63,618 nt of DNA, filler included, from Globobulimina sp. (GCA_003354225.1; 26 parts of 26 records of this genome joined end to end with filler, not necessarily neighbours in it), one strand, 5' to 3'. Shown: positions 10,354 through 24,739, counted from the first letter of the whole stretch. Numbers and translations: made by a program. The notes: generated from the sequence alone by a model not told the origin.

Positions 10354-12043
10354 TTATTTATTTAATTTGCTATTATCATTCACATCAACTGCAGCACAAT
10401 ACGCCTCATGTTTAAATTCAAAAGTTTCCGATTCTTTGATTGATGGAGATCGTGATACTCTCTTTGCAGTATCACATTTGCTATGTATTATTTTGGGTTT
10501 CTGCCGAAAATATGACTGTATCCACGGATGTTTCATAACATCACCAACTGCAAATCTTTCTTCTTCATTAATATTTAACATTTTCATCAACAAATCTGTT
10601 ATACAATAAACAAAAAAAAGTCAGTACATTTAATGTGGACAGCATACCATATTGGTTTTTGCCAATATAATTTAAGCGCGACCAATTCTGCAATAAAACA
10701 AGTATTTGCCCATCCTTTAGAATACGGAAAACTTGATCTCGTGCTATCGGCATTTTATATAACGGCACACCAATCGACATCATCCATAAACAAACTGCCA
10801 AGCTCCAAATATCGGCCTTATTTGCACAAAATTGTTGCTTCAAAAACACTTTGGGTGCCTTGTAACTGGTCTTTCCAACAAATTTATCACACATAAAACC
10901 GGTATCGCTTTGATCGAACCTTTCCGTTACTCCAAAGTCTATAAATCTGATGTCTAAATTCTGTATTTTGCCTGTTTTGTGTACATAAAAATAAGTTATT
11001 GTCTCAACACATGTGCTTTTTCGAACAATTCAACGTTAAAATACCTGTTTGATCAATGTACGTATCTTTGCACATAACCACGTTTTCCAGCGACACGTCC
11101 AAATTGCAACAATGCGCAACATTATGCATCCAATTTAGAGTAGAAACCATTTTCGCAAATATAAATCGAACGGCTTTCTTCCAGTCTTTGAGCGCCAACT
11201 TTCCAGTTCCAATCAGACGATGACATTCCACCACAAATTCAAACAGTCCCTGACCTCCACGCTCCATAACCAAGTAATAATTGTCCGCATCTTCAAAGAA
11301 ATCGTGATATTCTATAATCGAACGGGGCGCTTTATGTCTTTTAAACATTTTCATCAAACTGGCTTCTTTGACGATGTCTTCCTTGACTCTGCACTTTGTG
11401 CTGCTAATCCGTTGGCGATGCAATTTTTTGCAGGCACTCTTAATGACAACAGTGTGATGTCGCAGATAACCATAGCAAATCTGAAATATATTCGATATCT
11501 CCATGTCAGGTAAGGTCTGTCGAACATATCCATAAACTAACAAAGAGTCGGCATGCCGTGCGGTCTTAAATGCGGTGAAAACTTCGCCTTGAAGTGAGGG
11601 TGAGAGTGTTTTCTGTTTTTTGTAACCAAGCAACGATAACATATCAATTTGCTGTGTAATGTTTATTCAGATGTTTGTGCTTTGGAATGTCGGTGGAAAG
11701 CATGGATAACTCAAATAACTGATTTTTTGACTGGATGAGTGCTTTGAGTGCGGTGTCGTTTATTTTGTTTTTGTGGGGTCTTAAAATTGCTGCTTTTTGA
11801 AGGGGTGTTGTGTGTTGTTGGATATATAAATTTCTTGTGTTGTTGGGGTGATGGCGTAGTGTTTACATGAATGGCTTTCTGTGTTTTAATATGAGATATA
11901 GTGGGTTTAGGACTACTCATTGTATTTGAACTTGTTAATGTGACGGATGGCCGCTCGCGTATTGCTGATGGTGATGCAAAGAATGTATGATATGAGATAC
12001 TTTTAGTTCTTGGGGAGCGATTTTTAATTTGAACGGACGACAT
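10354..12043 (-). CDS. Ser/Thr protein kinase (CAMK-like), 4 exons: 12043-11720, 11651-11045, 10971-10648, 10595-10354 (~498 aa)
   Basis: VVIK, KEA, LDVSLENV, IDFG, GKTSYKAPK, ADIWSL, ERF..HPW. GT-AG introns of 68, 73 and 52 nt restore a single frame; exon 1 is less certain. Confidence 0.85.
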
Positions 12044-12577
12044 GGTTGAAGATGTTTTTTAATTTAAATAAACAATTAAGCTGCAGTGACTCGTACTTCT
12101 TCCATATCTGACAAACAAGCACGTAAAACATGGGAAACAAAATTAATGTACGTTTAAGATTAATTACAATTAAATACATACGACCTAACACAAATACATT
12201 CTATACAGAAAGCAACAGACAAAGAAGATGAATCAAAGCAATTACCATTCGCATTAAACAACGATTTAATNNNNNNNNNNNNNNNNNNNNNNNNNNNNNN
12301 NNNNNNNNNNNNNNTTAATTAATTAANNNNNNNNNNNNNNNNNNNNNNNNNNNNNNNNNNNNNNNNNNNNTTCACAATAGAATAATCACAACGTCTAAAT
12401 GTAGACAAACACAAAAGTCTACAAAATCTATAACATTCTTACACATAAACAAAAATAATTAAGTAATACGATGAGAAACTTACAACGAATATACATCAAC
12501 AAAAATGACAATCATTGTAAGTGGAATTAATCAAAAATATATTAATACAATAAAATTATTGATTTCCTGACCATGAT

Positions 12578-14744
12578 TCATGACTTCTTTTTTTTCTTTT
12601 TTCTCCCTTTCTTTTTTTTGCCTTTTTTGCTGTTGCCATTATTATTATTACTAAATGACGGCGTGAACGTCGGTTTATTAGATGCGTTATTTACTAATTG
12701 TGCCAGCACATTATTTGAATGATATTCTTTCAGATTCAGGTTCCCTGTTTGCTGCATTTGCGTGGCCAGCAACAAATTGGTCATTGATTTAGCCGCGGTT
12801 TGGTTTTGTATAAATGCGGATTGCAGATCACTTACATCAACACTCTGATCGCCACTGTTATATTTTGCATGCAAATGGGCAGATTTGTGGGCCACATGGC
12901 GCGAACTCTTATTATTTTTATCATTCTCCGCATGGCGCCGCGATGATTTCCACCGTTTCTGTCTATCATTGTCATCCATGATATTATTTTTCGTGGATGC
13001 TCTCTTTAACTTTTCCTTGGCTTTATCTCTCTTATCCAATTTGCCAAAAAGTAAGTTCATGTCTTGGTAATCCTGCGGTGCAATGGGATTCATCTCCTCA
13101 TCTTCCTCAAACTCCATATCATCGTCAAATGCTCTCCGAGTACTCTTCACAGCGCGCCTCGAGGTCGCCGCTCGCGGCCGCTGCTCATCGACAATTATCG
13201 ACAAAGCAAAGCGCGGAGTGCTCACTTTATCATTTCGCACATCCTCATCATCGGAGGAACTGCCATTAACTGCGAGATTATTGTAATGATACTCACTTTT
13301 ATTATTCGTCGTGGAGACCGCTTTGGGTGTTTCAGATTTCTTCTTTACTTTTTTTTTATTATTTTTCTTCAAGGCACCACCGTACGATTTGGCTTTTTTA
13401 TGTCGCGTTCGTGGATGGCGCGCAGTTTCCGATTCTGCCGCTTTATCCACAGAATCATTGAACGAGTCATCGGTTTTCAGCTCGTCCGTCTCCTCCTCGT
13501 CCTCATAGGCGTCTTCCTCGTTGAATGCCTTTATATCATTGTCCAGCAACTTGAGGGAAAACTTTTTGATCGGCTGCACGCCGGGAAATTCTGCAGGCGT
13601 TGGCTGCCGGGAATGGTGCGATTGGGACTTAATGGGTGTCGGCATCTCGATGTCCGGCTTAAATAACGCTTCATTCATATTCGGTTGCGGTGTGTCATAA
13701 TTCTCCGCATCCGACTCTGCCGATTCTTGCTCGGAGTTCGAGTTCGAGTTCGAATTAAATTGCGGCGCATTGCCATAACCACTCAACGTCTCCGATTCTT
13801 CCATGGACGGTGTACTGATAACTCTCAAATTTAACTTTAGTTTGTTTTTGGCCGCAGCTTCATTTTCATGCTCGTCTCCATGTCCAACGGTATGCGGGAA
13901 TGTCGATAACAAGTTTAACGTATTTATATCACTGTATTTCTTATGTTTATTGTCAGATAAATCGATGGGAGACTCCATCTGCGCTCCGATGGGTTCCTCC
14001 GCAATGGGGTCGACCGAAACCACTCTCTCATTCTTCAACAGATTGAGGTGCTTATTATCGTACACATGCATATGCGACTGGTCATGGCTCAATTTACTGA
14101 TCGATGCGTCGCCATCCACAGTGCCCACAGTCTCTGTTGACCGCACTGCAGTGATTGCGCTCATATTGCGATTAAAAGCATGTGCTTCGACCGCAGCGCC
14201 CATCAATAACTGCGGGTCAATGGACGGATATTGACTCATTTGATGTGCGTCAATGACGGACGGCGTGGCATACGCGGATCCAAATGGATTGCCCGCTGCG
14301 TGCATGCTGCCCGGCTGCGAGTTCAGAAATGGAATGTTTGGGTTATTGTGGTTACGCACCATTTCCTGAAACACCTCCAACATTCCATTGTCAGCGCCTT
14401 CCTTTGCATCCAACATCAACGACAACAATGCGTTCTGTTCATTGGTCACAAACTCGGCCAACGCGGCTGCGATGTCAGGGAACCATTCCTGTACTTGATC
14501 CGGCGTCAAAACTGGATGGAAGCAGTGCATGCACGATATGGGCATCTCTTGTGTACCAATGGTCCATCGAGGACCTGCGCAGTTTGCGCAATAACCGAGA
14601 AAAGACTCGGGCCCTTCTTCGGAATCGTAGTCAGACTCGGCATCCGCGCGCAAATCGTCTAAGTCGATCGCATCCATTATAGATAATTCACTCTCTTGGT
14701 CTGCAAATTTGCACTCCAATTCGGCAAAAACCGAAGCTCGATAT
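12578..14744 (-). CDS. Large low-complexity protein, 5'-truncated; CxxC..CxxC zinc ribbon, acidic tracts, poly-Lys C-terminus
   Basis: >710-codon open frame; CANC...CMHC; KKGKKKKGRKKKKKKS end. Confidence 0.75.
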
Positions 14745-15304
14745 NNNNNNNNNNNNNNNNNNNNNNNNNNNNNNNNNNNNNNNNNNNNTTAATTAATTAA
14801 NNNNNNNNNNNNNNNNNNNNNNNNNNNNNNNNNNNNNNNNNNNNAATTGCAATAACTCGAGACTTGTCTGTGATCCATATTGTTGTGCTAAATAAGCTTG
14901 CGTTAAAAGCCCACAACTCAGGTCTAAATTGCAATAAATTGCAATAACCATATACCTAGGTCCAAATTGATATTGCGCAATATAAGAACAACCCTTGTGC
15001 TTTTTAAATCTTATTGGCGATATCCGAAAATCTTCATTTTAAAAACTCTGAAAAAGAAAACAAAATGAGAAAGTTTTTGGAGAAATTAATCTTATCGCCG
15101 ACTTGGACAAAGACCATAAACAGCCTGTATTATATTAAAACACATATTTAGATACAATTGCTTATATTAAAACACATAATATAAATAATATATGTATACA
15201 AAAAAAAACATAATATTTACTATACAAATATGTTATACAGACTGTATACTTACTATACATAAATAAATATACGCGAAACCGATGTTGTTTTCTAATACTA
15301 ATAG

Positions 15305-16276
15305 TTATACCGATACCTGTTCATTTTGTTGCATTTCAGTCTGTTCCAATTCATTTGATTTCGCCAATTGCCTTATTTTACAATTCTCGCATGCTGCATG
15401 TAACCGACTACATAACTTACCATAAATATCTTTATTCACACAAAACAACAAAGAAATACACAATGATGTGATAAAACAGTTCACTGTCATCCAAAAATTA
15501 CTAAAAGAACGTGATTTTGTTCCCAAACCAAAAAAGGCAGCGCCAAACGATAGCGTATAGCATGCAAAAGAGGCGCAAAATGCAAATGAAACCAATAATC
15601 CATGTTTAATAACAATAAAAAATAATTCATCATTCATTATTATTTTCTCTTTGTCTGCGCCGCAATTTAAAGTCGTTGCATCTGATGAGTTAGATATCGA
15701 TCTCGAGCACAATCTCAATGTTGTTTTATGGCGTTCAATCAGGACTTGCTCAATTTTGCGAGTAAATAATACACATAATATAATGGAGAGTATTATAAAT
15801 AATAGAAACAACATAAATGTTTCTGCTAAGACCAAATTCGAAACTCCCTTAGAAAAATAAAGGGTAATTATGGGTGCAAAACATAGCAAAACGAAAAACA
15901 TTGTAAAACAATATAACGAATGTATGACCCATCTGGAATATGATATTGGTGTTCCTTTGAATGTTTTATCGAGTCGCAACACGCAAACAAACAACATTGA
16001 TATTTGTGCGAACGTATAAGTTAAACCACCGCGTATATCTGGTTGTGTATTGTATAAATACGTCAGCAGACCATATACAAAATACATTATTGATGCACTG
16101 GTAAATAATAATATGGCGACATTGCTAAAGACGAAAATACGATATTGCGGTGTTTTGCGACCTCTGATAAGTAAGTTAATCTGAATAATCGACAACATGA
16201 CGGACATAATACCCATCCCAATAACACAGAATATATCAATTACACCATCAGCATCCACTTGATCAGCATCCATCAC
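15305..16276 (-). CDS. 7-TM GPCR-like membrane protein
   Basis: Seven hydrophobic segments, LRL after TM3, long loop before TM6, YGKLC..LH..C tail. Confidence 0.7.
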   Translation of the reverse strand: MMDADQVDADGVIDIFCVIGMGIMSVMLSIIQINLLIRGRKTPQYRIFVFSNVAILLFTSASIMYFVYGLLTYLYNTQPDIRGGLTYTFAQISMLFVCVLRLDKTFKGTPISYSRWVIHSLYCFTMFFVLLCFAPIITLYFSKGVSNLVLAETFMLFLLFIILSIILCVLFTRKIEQVLIERHKTTLRLCSRSISNSSDATTLNCGADKEKIIMNDELFFIVIKHGLLVSFAFCASFACYTLSFGAAFFGLGTKSRSFSNFWMTVNCFITSLCISLLFCVNKDIYGKLCSRLHAACENCKIRQLAKSNELEQTEMQQNEQVSV

Positions 16277-16387
16277 AACAATTTACAATTTCTAATTATA
16301 AGCGGTGATGATATTAAAATATTTAGTATGTGTACCAGAATGGTTTTTTATTTAAGCTGTTTTTTTGAAAGTGAACCACTTGAAACA

Positions 16388-17008
16388 ATGACAAAGGATG
16401 TGGAACACACACCGATTTGTGACGCATTATACCATTCCGCAATCACGAATGAACCACACGCTCTGAGATCATACGTTATTCTGTGGATCCTCTGCGTGAT
16501 CGGAGCATTGATAGTTTTATTTTTCTGGTTATGGCTACGCCGAAGAGAGCAACAATTCGAATCAGGATACGTCGACAAAGCGAATAGATCATTTCTATAC
16601 ATTTACAAATTTCTAATTTATATTTATATCACCTTAGTAGCGATACAAGCATTCTTCTTATCATTGGAAGTCATATTGGTCGAATACTTTAACATCGAAT
16701 ATAACAATTTCTTCGTTTCTTTAATCCAAGCAGTCATATTAACAATACCTCATTTCCAAATGTCTTTGATAGCCTTCCTATTTACAAAAAATACATTATC
16801 TGCCAAAGCTTTTACACGCGCGCTTAAAATATCCATTCCCTATGCTTTGTTAACTTTTATCGTCGCATTGTTAGACCAACGAGCATGGCTTACCTCGGTG
16901 TCTGGCAATAATATCTCCACCACCGCTGTGTTCAGAGTCATCACAGATTTAATGTTTGAGTGTGCCTGCATGTTTATTATATGCAGACAATGCCAATATT
17001 CATGGAAG
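16388..17008 (+). CDS. Multi-pass membrane protein, first exon (divergent from the 7TM gene)
   Basis: Five hydrophobic segments; probable splice donor AAG|GTATGC at 17009. Confidence 0.6.
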
Positions 17009-17318
17009 GTATGCACTGTGCATATGTATACAACTATATGTATACAATATATATAAATCCGAGAGTATACATACAAAATATGATATAAAAACACATTGTA
17101 TACAACAATAACAGTATACAATAAGTCCGCAATAGGAGCACTTATCCTCGCACACAATGACATAGATAGAGAAAGAACGTAATCGTCAGATATTGATTCA
17201 TCGTTATGTGGATAAACGNNNNNNNNNNNNNNNNNNNNNNNNNNNNNNNNNNNNNNNNNNNNTTAATTAATTAANNNNNNNNNNNNNNNNNNNNNNNNNN
17301 NNNNNNNNNNNNNNNNNN

Positions 17319-17480
17319 TTCTTTCTCGTCATCATCATCAGCATCATTACAATTTGTTACATTTGTATCATTTTCTTCTGTTTCAACCACTTCATTTTTT
17401 TTCTTAGCTTCATTGTTTTTCTTTGCAGCACCATCCGATGTACCAAGCAATCCATCGATTGGCGGAACTAAAATTGACAT
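17319..17480 (-). CDS. N-terminal fragment of a hypothetical protein
   Basis: ATG with an open frame running into the spacer. Confidence 0.4.
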
Positions 17481-17617
17481 GATTTCTTATTTCCTGTTAA
17501 AAATTAAAGTGTGCAGAAATGATGAAATAAAAATTAAATGACGAGAATCTCGGCTTCGCTTCTTTCTTAAATTGTAGATTAAGAAAAAACACAAACTCTT
17601 ACATAGAAAACTGTCTT

Positions 17618-19048
17618 TTATCTAAAACTTGAAAAGGTGGCGTGTCTGGCAGCATAATTACAAGCGTCAATGTATAACTTTGAGTTTGTTTTACTTGGTT
17701 TACCAGAATGATGGTACCAATTCCATACATTTCTATTATTTTCATCATCAAATAACAATTCAAATGAATTTAATCTTTGCAAAAATAGTTTTGTAGCACA
17801 ATACGTATTCCTCCACATAGTCACATTGTAATGATACAAAGCTGCACATAAATCCACAGCATGTTTCACTCCAATCACCTTTCTTGTGTCTGTATTGATT
17901 GAATGCATGCTTTGCAACGAAGTCACAAATTTGAATACTTTTTGATAATTAAATTTTGTAATCATATTTCTTGAAATTGATAGAGAAGCATTCAAATTAA
18001 TTGTTGCATGATACCATTTTGGTGGCGCATATACTATGTCTCCTTTATGTTGCATGCATTGATAATACGGCCTATTTTCTGCACTCTTTACATCAATATT
18101 GTGATCCAATAATATTTGATCAATATATGGATATATTTGCACCCAAAATTGCCACACCGGCATAGATATCACATCATGCAAATCCTGTTCACTTTGAAAC
18201 AGATATTTTTCAACAACATCTGAATTAGAAACAGTAACCATTCAATGTTCAGACAGTGCAACATTGCAATTATTAATATTGAAATGTAATTATATGCAGT
18301 GCGCATTCGAGGGTTTAATACCTGGCTTAGCTAAAAACCAATACTTTGAGCCTTGAACGACCATATTCCAAAATGATGTCAAATAATAATCAAAATGGAA
18401 TGCTGCACCGGACCCCGCAGTGCCGTACACGATCCATTTATTACCCAATAAAGGACCATCGGTAGACTTGAGATATCCAATTAGATCATTAAAGAAATCT
18501 AACTCTTGCAAGATTAATGGGATTTGCTTTGTTGAGTTGATAATTGCTTCGTAAATGTCTTTGTTCCGATCATTTAATGGATGAATATCGCATGTTTCCG
18601 CTCTCTCTGATGGTGTACCGTTTTGTTCCAATGGTTTATAAATATTTTTGTAATCATTTGGACGAACTATTGAGATAATTTTATTCCATTCCCATATTTT
18701 AGTCGAATTATCCACAATTGCTGATAAGTCGCATTCTTTATTCTTGTGTGTATCTGGACACATTTGTATGATTACAGGGCGTTGCTTAATGACATAATTA
18801 TTCACAAAATTGTCATAGGTTAAGGATGATAATGGTATCTTGGGTAAGTTACATTTATCAATGGGTATGTCACAAATGCCCGGATATACACAGTGTCCGT
18901 TATCATAACGATCCAGAATACTTGCTGAGGAAGCATTTTTTTCCAAATTTGCACCAATATGGTATGCTTCAATCACATCAGATGAACAGTAGTTGATAGA
19001 GAAGAAAATAATGATCAGCAATCTGCAACAAAGTGAACAAACAGTCAT
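17618..19048 (-). CDS. JmjC-domain 2OG/Fe(II) hydroxylase with signal peptide; 2 exons (intron 18220-18321)
   Basis: YVIKQRPVII, GSGAAFHFD (HxD), WNMVVQGSKYW, QHKGDIVYAPPKWYHATINL; hydrophobic N-terminus. Confidence 0.88.
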
Positions 19049-19450
19049 TCTGTTTTTTTGTAAAGTTTTTAGTTCGAAAGTTTCCAGTTCACTGACTTAG
19101 ACCCACATATAATTCAGTTACAAAATGTGTGGAAACGAATGCAAGAATTTTATATTAAATTTCAACGTGAAAATTCTGGAAAATAACTACGTTGTGATTA
19201 TATCAGGAAGACATGAGAATAAATTAAAAATTTAAGTTAAACCGCAAATTTAATTCGAAATAAAAAAAAAAAGAAAAGGCGGATAAAAAAAACAACAGAA
19301 TTCTAATCCTGAATAAAAATAACCGTTTAATCCAAATATGAAAATAAATGAACCGATTATTATATTCCAAAAAACAATTAAACAGTTTTTTGACGGATTG
19401 AATCAACTTTGAAGCAGGACAACCTAATGACAAATGAGAAAATAATTAAT

Positions 19451-19647
<197 letters not shown>

Positions 19648-19909
19648 TTAGAGATATTAAAATATATAAATATTTAATACAAAGTGCAAACANNNNNNNN
19701 NNNNNNNNNNNNNNNNNNNNNNNNNNNNNNNNNNNNTTAATTAATTAANNNNNNNNNNNNNNNNNNNNNNNNNNNNNNNNNNNNNNNNNNNNTTGTATCT
19801 GTACATAGATATGTAATAAAAATATAGTTTGGAGAAACACACAGTTCATCCAATCACAAAGACAAACACAAAGATAAATAATGTTTTTTAGATCGACAGA
19901 ATATATTGT

Positions 19910-22164
19910 TTAAAATCGGATATTTTTTAAATTTAATGTTTGTATAATATCATAAACTTTACTTAATCTCATACAACACTTCTTTACATATTGATTGGCT
20001 ATTAATAAATCTATTCGGTCTTCATTGTTTCTAAAATGAATATATACACACAAATTATTCAATAAATGTTCATTCCAATGCTCAACGATTCTCTTTTTAC
20101 ATAATATACATTGATTTTTATTATTTTCATCCCACGATATTTTATGATTGCCGGTTATAAATCTCATTATTTGTATTAATGTTTTATTTTCAATTTGAAA
20201 TATTTCAATGAATAAATCAATAATTTTCACATAATAATTTGGATATGGTTTAATTTTTTGCCACTGAATATTTTATCTTTATTTAAATCAAATATATACT
20301 GAATTGTATTATTTTTATCGTCCAGTACATGGTTAATATCTCTCAAATAATATGTCGTGTCAATTATTGTTTTATAATCATTACATTGAGGCGATTTATT
20401 CGATATATGTTGTTTTTTTAAATTATATATCTCAAAAATATCGTTAATTTGATAATGATATACCTGGTTATCATAAATTACATCAAATTTATTTATCCTC
20501 CTATTGTTTACTAATCGCCTTCTTATTTTTCTTTGTCTTAATTTATTTTTTAGTAACCATGATTGTGTAATGATCATATTTTTCAATGATATATCAAATC
20601 CATTGTATATTTTCTTATATTCTTTAATCATTGCTTTATAATTCATATTCTTTATTCGATTAATCCCAAATAGTATATGAATTATGGCTCCTTTGGTTGT
20701 TGTATATATTCCTATCATTTTTCTTAATGCGTAGGATAGCCATTTTTCATATTTGCTAATTTGTACTTCATTCATTTTTATGATTGCGAGACCATAAATA
20801 TTCATTCGGGACATAATAATTGATATTTTTGTTCTTATGCTTGCAATTTGCGTAATACTGTGCGGTAATGATAAAATGCCACCATACGATGCGGATATTA
20901 CTCTATTTATGTGTGGTTCCCATACAAATTGCTTTTTTTTCTCATTAAATTGGATATCAAATCCTAAATATTTGAATTTTTCTTGTTTTGGTAGCACTTT
21001 TAATTTTTCTCCATCGATTGTTATCTCAATTTTGTTGTTTTCGTATAATTCGTATTCATTTTGTTTTAAATACATGGCATTCATCACAATTATTACTGAT
21101 TTGGCAATTTTTATTCTGGCACCAATAGGTCTTAGTTCTTCAACTAAATGATTGATATTTATATTTAAATGATATAATGATACTGCCATTAATAGTGCAT
21201 CGTCGACATATATATATGCGAATATTGTTGAAATTATTTTAATATTTGTTTGCAAATTCTCATGGTCCAAATTCAGATTCTTTTGCACTTCTTTGACATA
21301 TTCATGTGGTATATGCGATATGTTATATGTCTTGTTATCAATTATATTCTCACCTAATTTCAATAAGATTATGGCACCGCTTAATTTATTTTCACCATTC
21401 TTCAATGTTTGACTTGTTTGTATTGAGTAATCAGGCATTGATAGCGTAGCTCCTTGGCTTATTCCACATTTTTGTTGGATACATCCGACTTTTTTCTTGT
21501 TAACGTGGACCAGTAATAAATTATTATTTTCAACATCTTTTTTTATTCGATATATTCTTCTATCTATACCTGGCTGTTCATGGTATGATTGTGTCCTTAA
21601 TACGACAGGCATCGCTCTGTCAAATGCTTTATCAAAATCAATTAATCCAATCACAATGGGATTGTGCAGTTCTACATTGATTTCAATCGTTAATCTAAAT
21701 GATAATAATTGTGTTAATGTACCTTTTTCGCAATGTTGTATTTGGGGTACATTCTTTCCTTCATTTATTATATCGGTTATGAATGCTTCTAATAACGCAT
21801 GGTCCTTTGCTACAGCTCTTATACATCGATATTCATATTTTTTCTTTTTCAATGTCACCAATTTTGATATTTTCATTTTATTTGGAATTGATCCGTGGTT
21901 TAATACCAAATATAACATTGTTGCGTCACATTCGTCATCTAGTAATTTGGCTAAATCCCATTTTATCAAATCTAGTCCACTGGATTTGTTTCCTTTTTTC
22001 TTTTTTTTGTAATTTTCAGTGAATATTCTGCATTCATCAAATGTAAATTTATTATTATCGCCATACTTCATCATATCCAATGCATCGATTCGTTCATCTT
22101 CATTTTCATAGAACTCTTTAAGGCGTGGATCAATTATTGTGTTTTTTTCATATAATATTCCAAT
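19910..22164 (-). mobile_element. Divergent non-LTR retrotransposon RT with C-terminal zinc finger; frameshift near 20230
   Basis: KSSGLDLI, YRCI, IDFDKAFD, GISQGATLS, YVDD, KYLGF, WEPHIN; CILC..EHL...C lies in the next frame. Confidence 0.85.
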
Positions 22165-22847
22165 TNNNNNNNNNNNNNNNNNNNNNNNNNNNNNNNNNNN
22201 NNNNNNNNNTTAATTAATTAANNNNNNNNNNNNNNNNNNNNNNNNNNNNNNNNNNNNNNNNNNNNAATAATCTGATTGTTTTTTGTTTATAAACGTCATC
22301 ATCAAATACTAAAATATCAGCATAATTTCCTTTCCTGTCCAAAAGATCCAGACAAACCAAATTGATCAACAAACTACTTTGAATAGGACCTATTTGAAAC
22401 ACAGAATGTTTATATCCTATGGACGTATGAACCTCACGAATTTAAAACATGATTAGTTTCTACTAAATAGTTATGATGTAACTAATCAGGTAGCCCAGCC
22501 TCTATACTGATTGTGAACGACAGAATTATATCTATTTCATCAACACCTATGTAAATAAAATTGATCCAAAAACGCTTATGAATATCATATGCATTCAAAT
22601 CTTGCATTAATTATCTGAATGAATATTTTTCAGTGTACATTGATGATATTCTTTGCAGGATTTTTCATTTAAGACTTAAGGATTTTTCTTATCCTTGCAC
22701 AAAACGTTGAAGAACATACTTTGAAACTGGTCGAAATAAACTTATTAAGTAGACAAAACCCATGGGAAGCTACTCGATGTTCGCTTTTCCCAGGGGATAA
22801 AAACGTATCAAAAGTCGTTAAATTAGTATATATAAAAATCGATTCAT

Positions 22848-23376
22848 TTATTCATCCGGCTGATTATTGACACATTCCGCCGGTAATTGTATTGTTTTTC
22901 CGTCAAATGCTTTATCGACAGTCATCTGACATCCTAAACGTGACGTATCCTTCACTGCAATTGCTAAATCCAACATATCTAATTCATCCTCATCCGGTGG
23001 CTCAAGATTGTCAAATAAGTCCTGTGGTAAATAAACATGGCAGGTACTACAACAACATTCGCCGCCACACGCTCCTTCAACATCTAATTCATTATCTAAA
23101 CAAACATCCAATAACGTGGCACCAATCTTTGCTGTTACAGTCACTTCCTCATTAGTTTGAGTAAGAAATGTTATATTCACACTTTCATCCGTTTTAGTTT
23201 GTGAGTAATTATTGTTGCTCACATTTGACAGCAATGGACGCTGGCAATACACCAATGAATGAAAACCAATGTTTTTTGCGCTTAGCAATGATCTACTGAC
23301 TGAATGCAATTGTTATTTTATAATTTGTTATTGATTAATGAGACTACACTCAACTGATTCTTTTAATAGCAGCCAT
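22848..23376 (-). CDS. Mitochondrial adrenodoxin-type 2Fe-2S ferredoxin (FDX2/Yah1-like); probable intron 23300-23354
   Basis: EGACGGECCCSTCHV, EDELDMLDLA, SRLGCQ. The spliced N-terminus MAAIKRIISRSLL resembles a transit peptide. Confidence 0.92.
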
Positions 23377-24046
23377 TATAAGTTTCTGTGAAAACAGTCT
23401 GACGTTTTCTAAGGTTGTTGGAAAAAAGTGCAAAAAGAGAGGAATCAGATTTACAGTTTTAAACAAATGAATTGTGATGAAAACAAATATTGGCAATCTG
23501 CAAAAATAAACATATATGATATATATATTGGCAACCTGCAAAAATAAACATATCAATTCGTGTAATTTGTGTATACTAAATCTAATTTATAAGCAGAAAC
23601 AATTCGAAAATAACAATATTTGGTTCATAGACACACAAATCGCAGGGATTGGTCGGTTTATTTTTGATCATTAGCGCTAATCACAATTATCAAATGATTT
23701 TAAGGGAGAATATGACAAAAATACAAAATCATTTAGATACAAACAATTTAATCACAAAAAAGAAACATAGTTGTATATATATATGGAAAATGTTTATTAT
23801 TAGTTGACAATTGAGCATTTTCCATATTTTCCCGGATTTTCTTGATTTTTAGAAATATATATATTATATCTCCTATACAGCGAAAACATAATAACAACAT
23901 AAAAAAAACAGAACAAGTTAACAAAAAAAAGCACAAAACATTGTTAGAACACAACACAAATATAATTATAAAGTAAAGTAGCAATAAATGCATGCATGCA
24001 TAAAAAAACTGTATAGAAATATATAGACAATATCTAAAAATAAATA

Positions 24047-24638
24047 CTAAGGCCGGTCCCTTACATAATTATTCCACGAATCAACAGTCATCGGGAGATG
24101 CTGCGGCTGTGACTGCGACGCTGTCTGTGGCTGTGTTGTGGCTGCGGTGTTATGGGGCCGTGTCGCTTGCGGCCGGGGCTGAACATGCATATGTCTCTGA
24201 TATTGAGTACGATGCTGTTTCTCCTTCACCAATGGGCTCGGCAACGATAATTCTTTGATGGATTGTTTTCCCATCGAATTGTAGCAACAGATCCGTCCCT
24301 TCTTTGTATTTTCATCAAAATTCAATATCAATCCATGTCTCCATTTCATACTTTTGGGAGAATACACATAAACTTGTGTACCACCACCGAATGCAGTCAA
24401 TGCACGCTCTGAATTGGTATGAATGTTTGGTATATTTATATTGTTAACGTTAACGTTAACATTTTGACTCTGTAACTTCGGCGTATGATGAATATGGTTT
24501 TGGCCGTGATTATGATTAAGATTTTTATGACCAATATGATGAATATTGAGCATAGACTCAAAAGCAGAGTGACCAAACTCATACTTTTCACTCAGTAACA
24601 ACTCTTTTCGTGTGTTGCTATCATCCGTTTTATTACAC
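24047..24638 (-). CDS. C-terminal fragment, His/Asn/Gln-rich, with a small beta-barrel-like module (VYVYS..KWRHGLI)
   Basis: Open frame from the contig edge. Confidence 0.55.
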
Positions 24639-24739
24639 NNNNNNNNNNNNNNNNNNNNNNNNNNNNNNNNNNNNNNNNNNNNTTAATTAATTAANNNNNN
24701 NNNNNNNNNNNNNNNNNNNNNNNNNNNNNNNNNNNNNNT

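Noticed and set aside
12885-14682. Multiple + strand ORFs overlapping the 713-aa gene (and similar shadow ORFs elsewhere, e.g. 38676-38978, 53090-53659)
   Set aside because: Antisense shadows of GC-richer or repetitive coding sequence, with no motifs.
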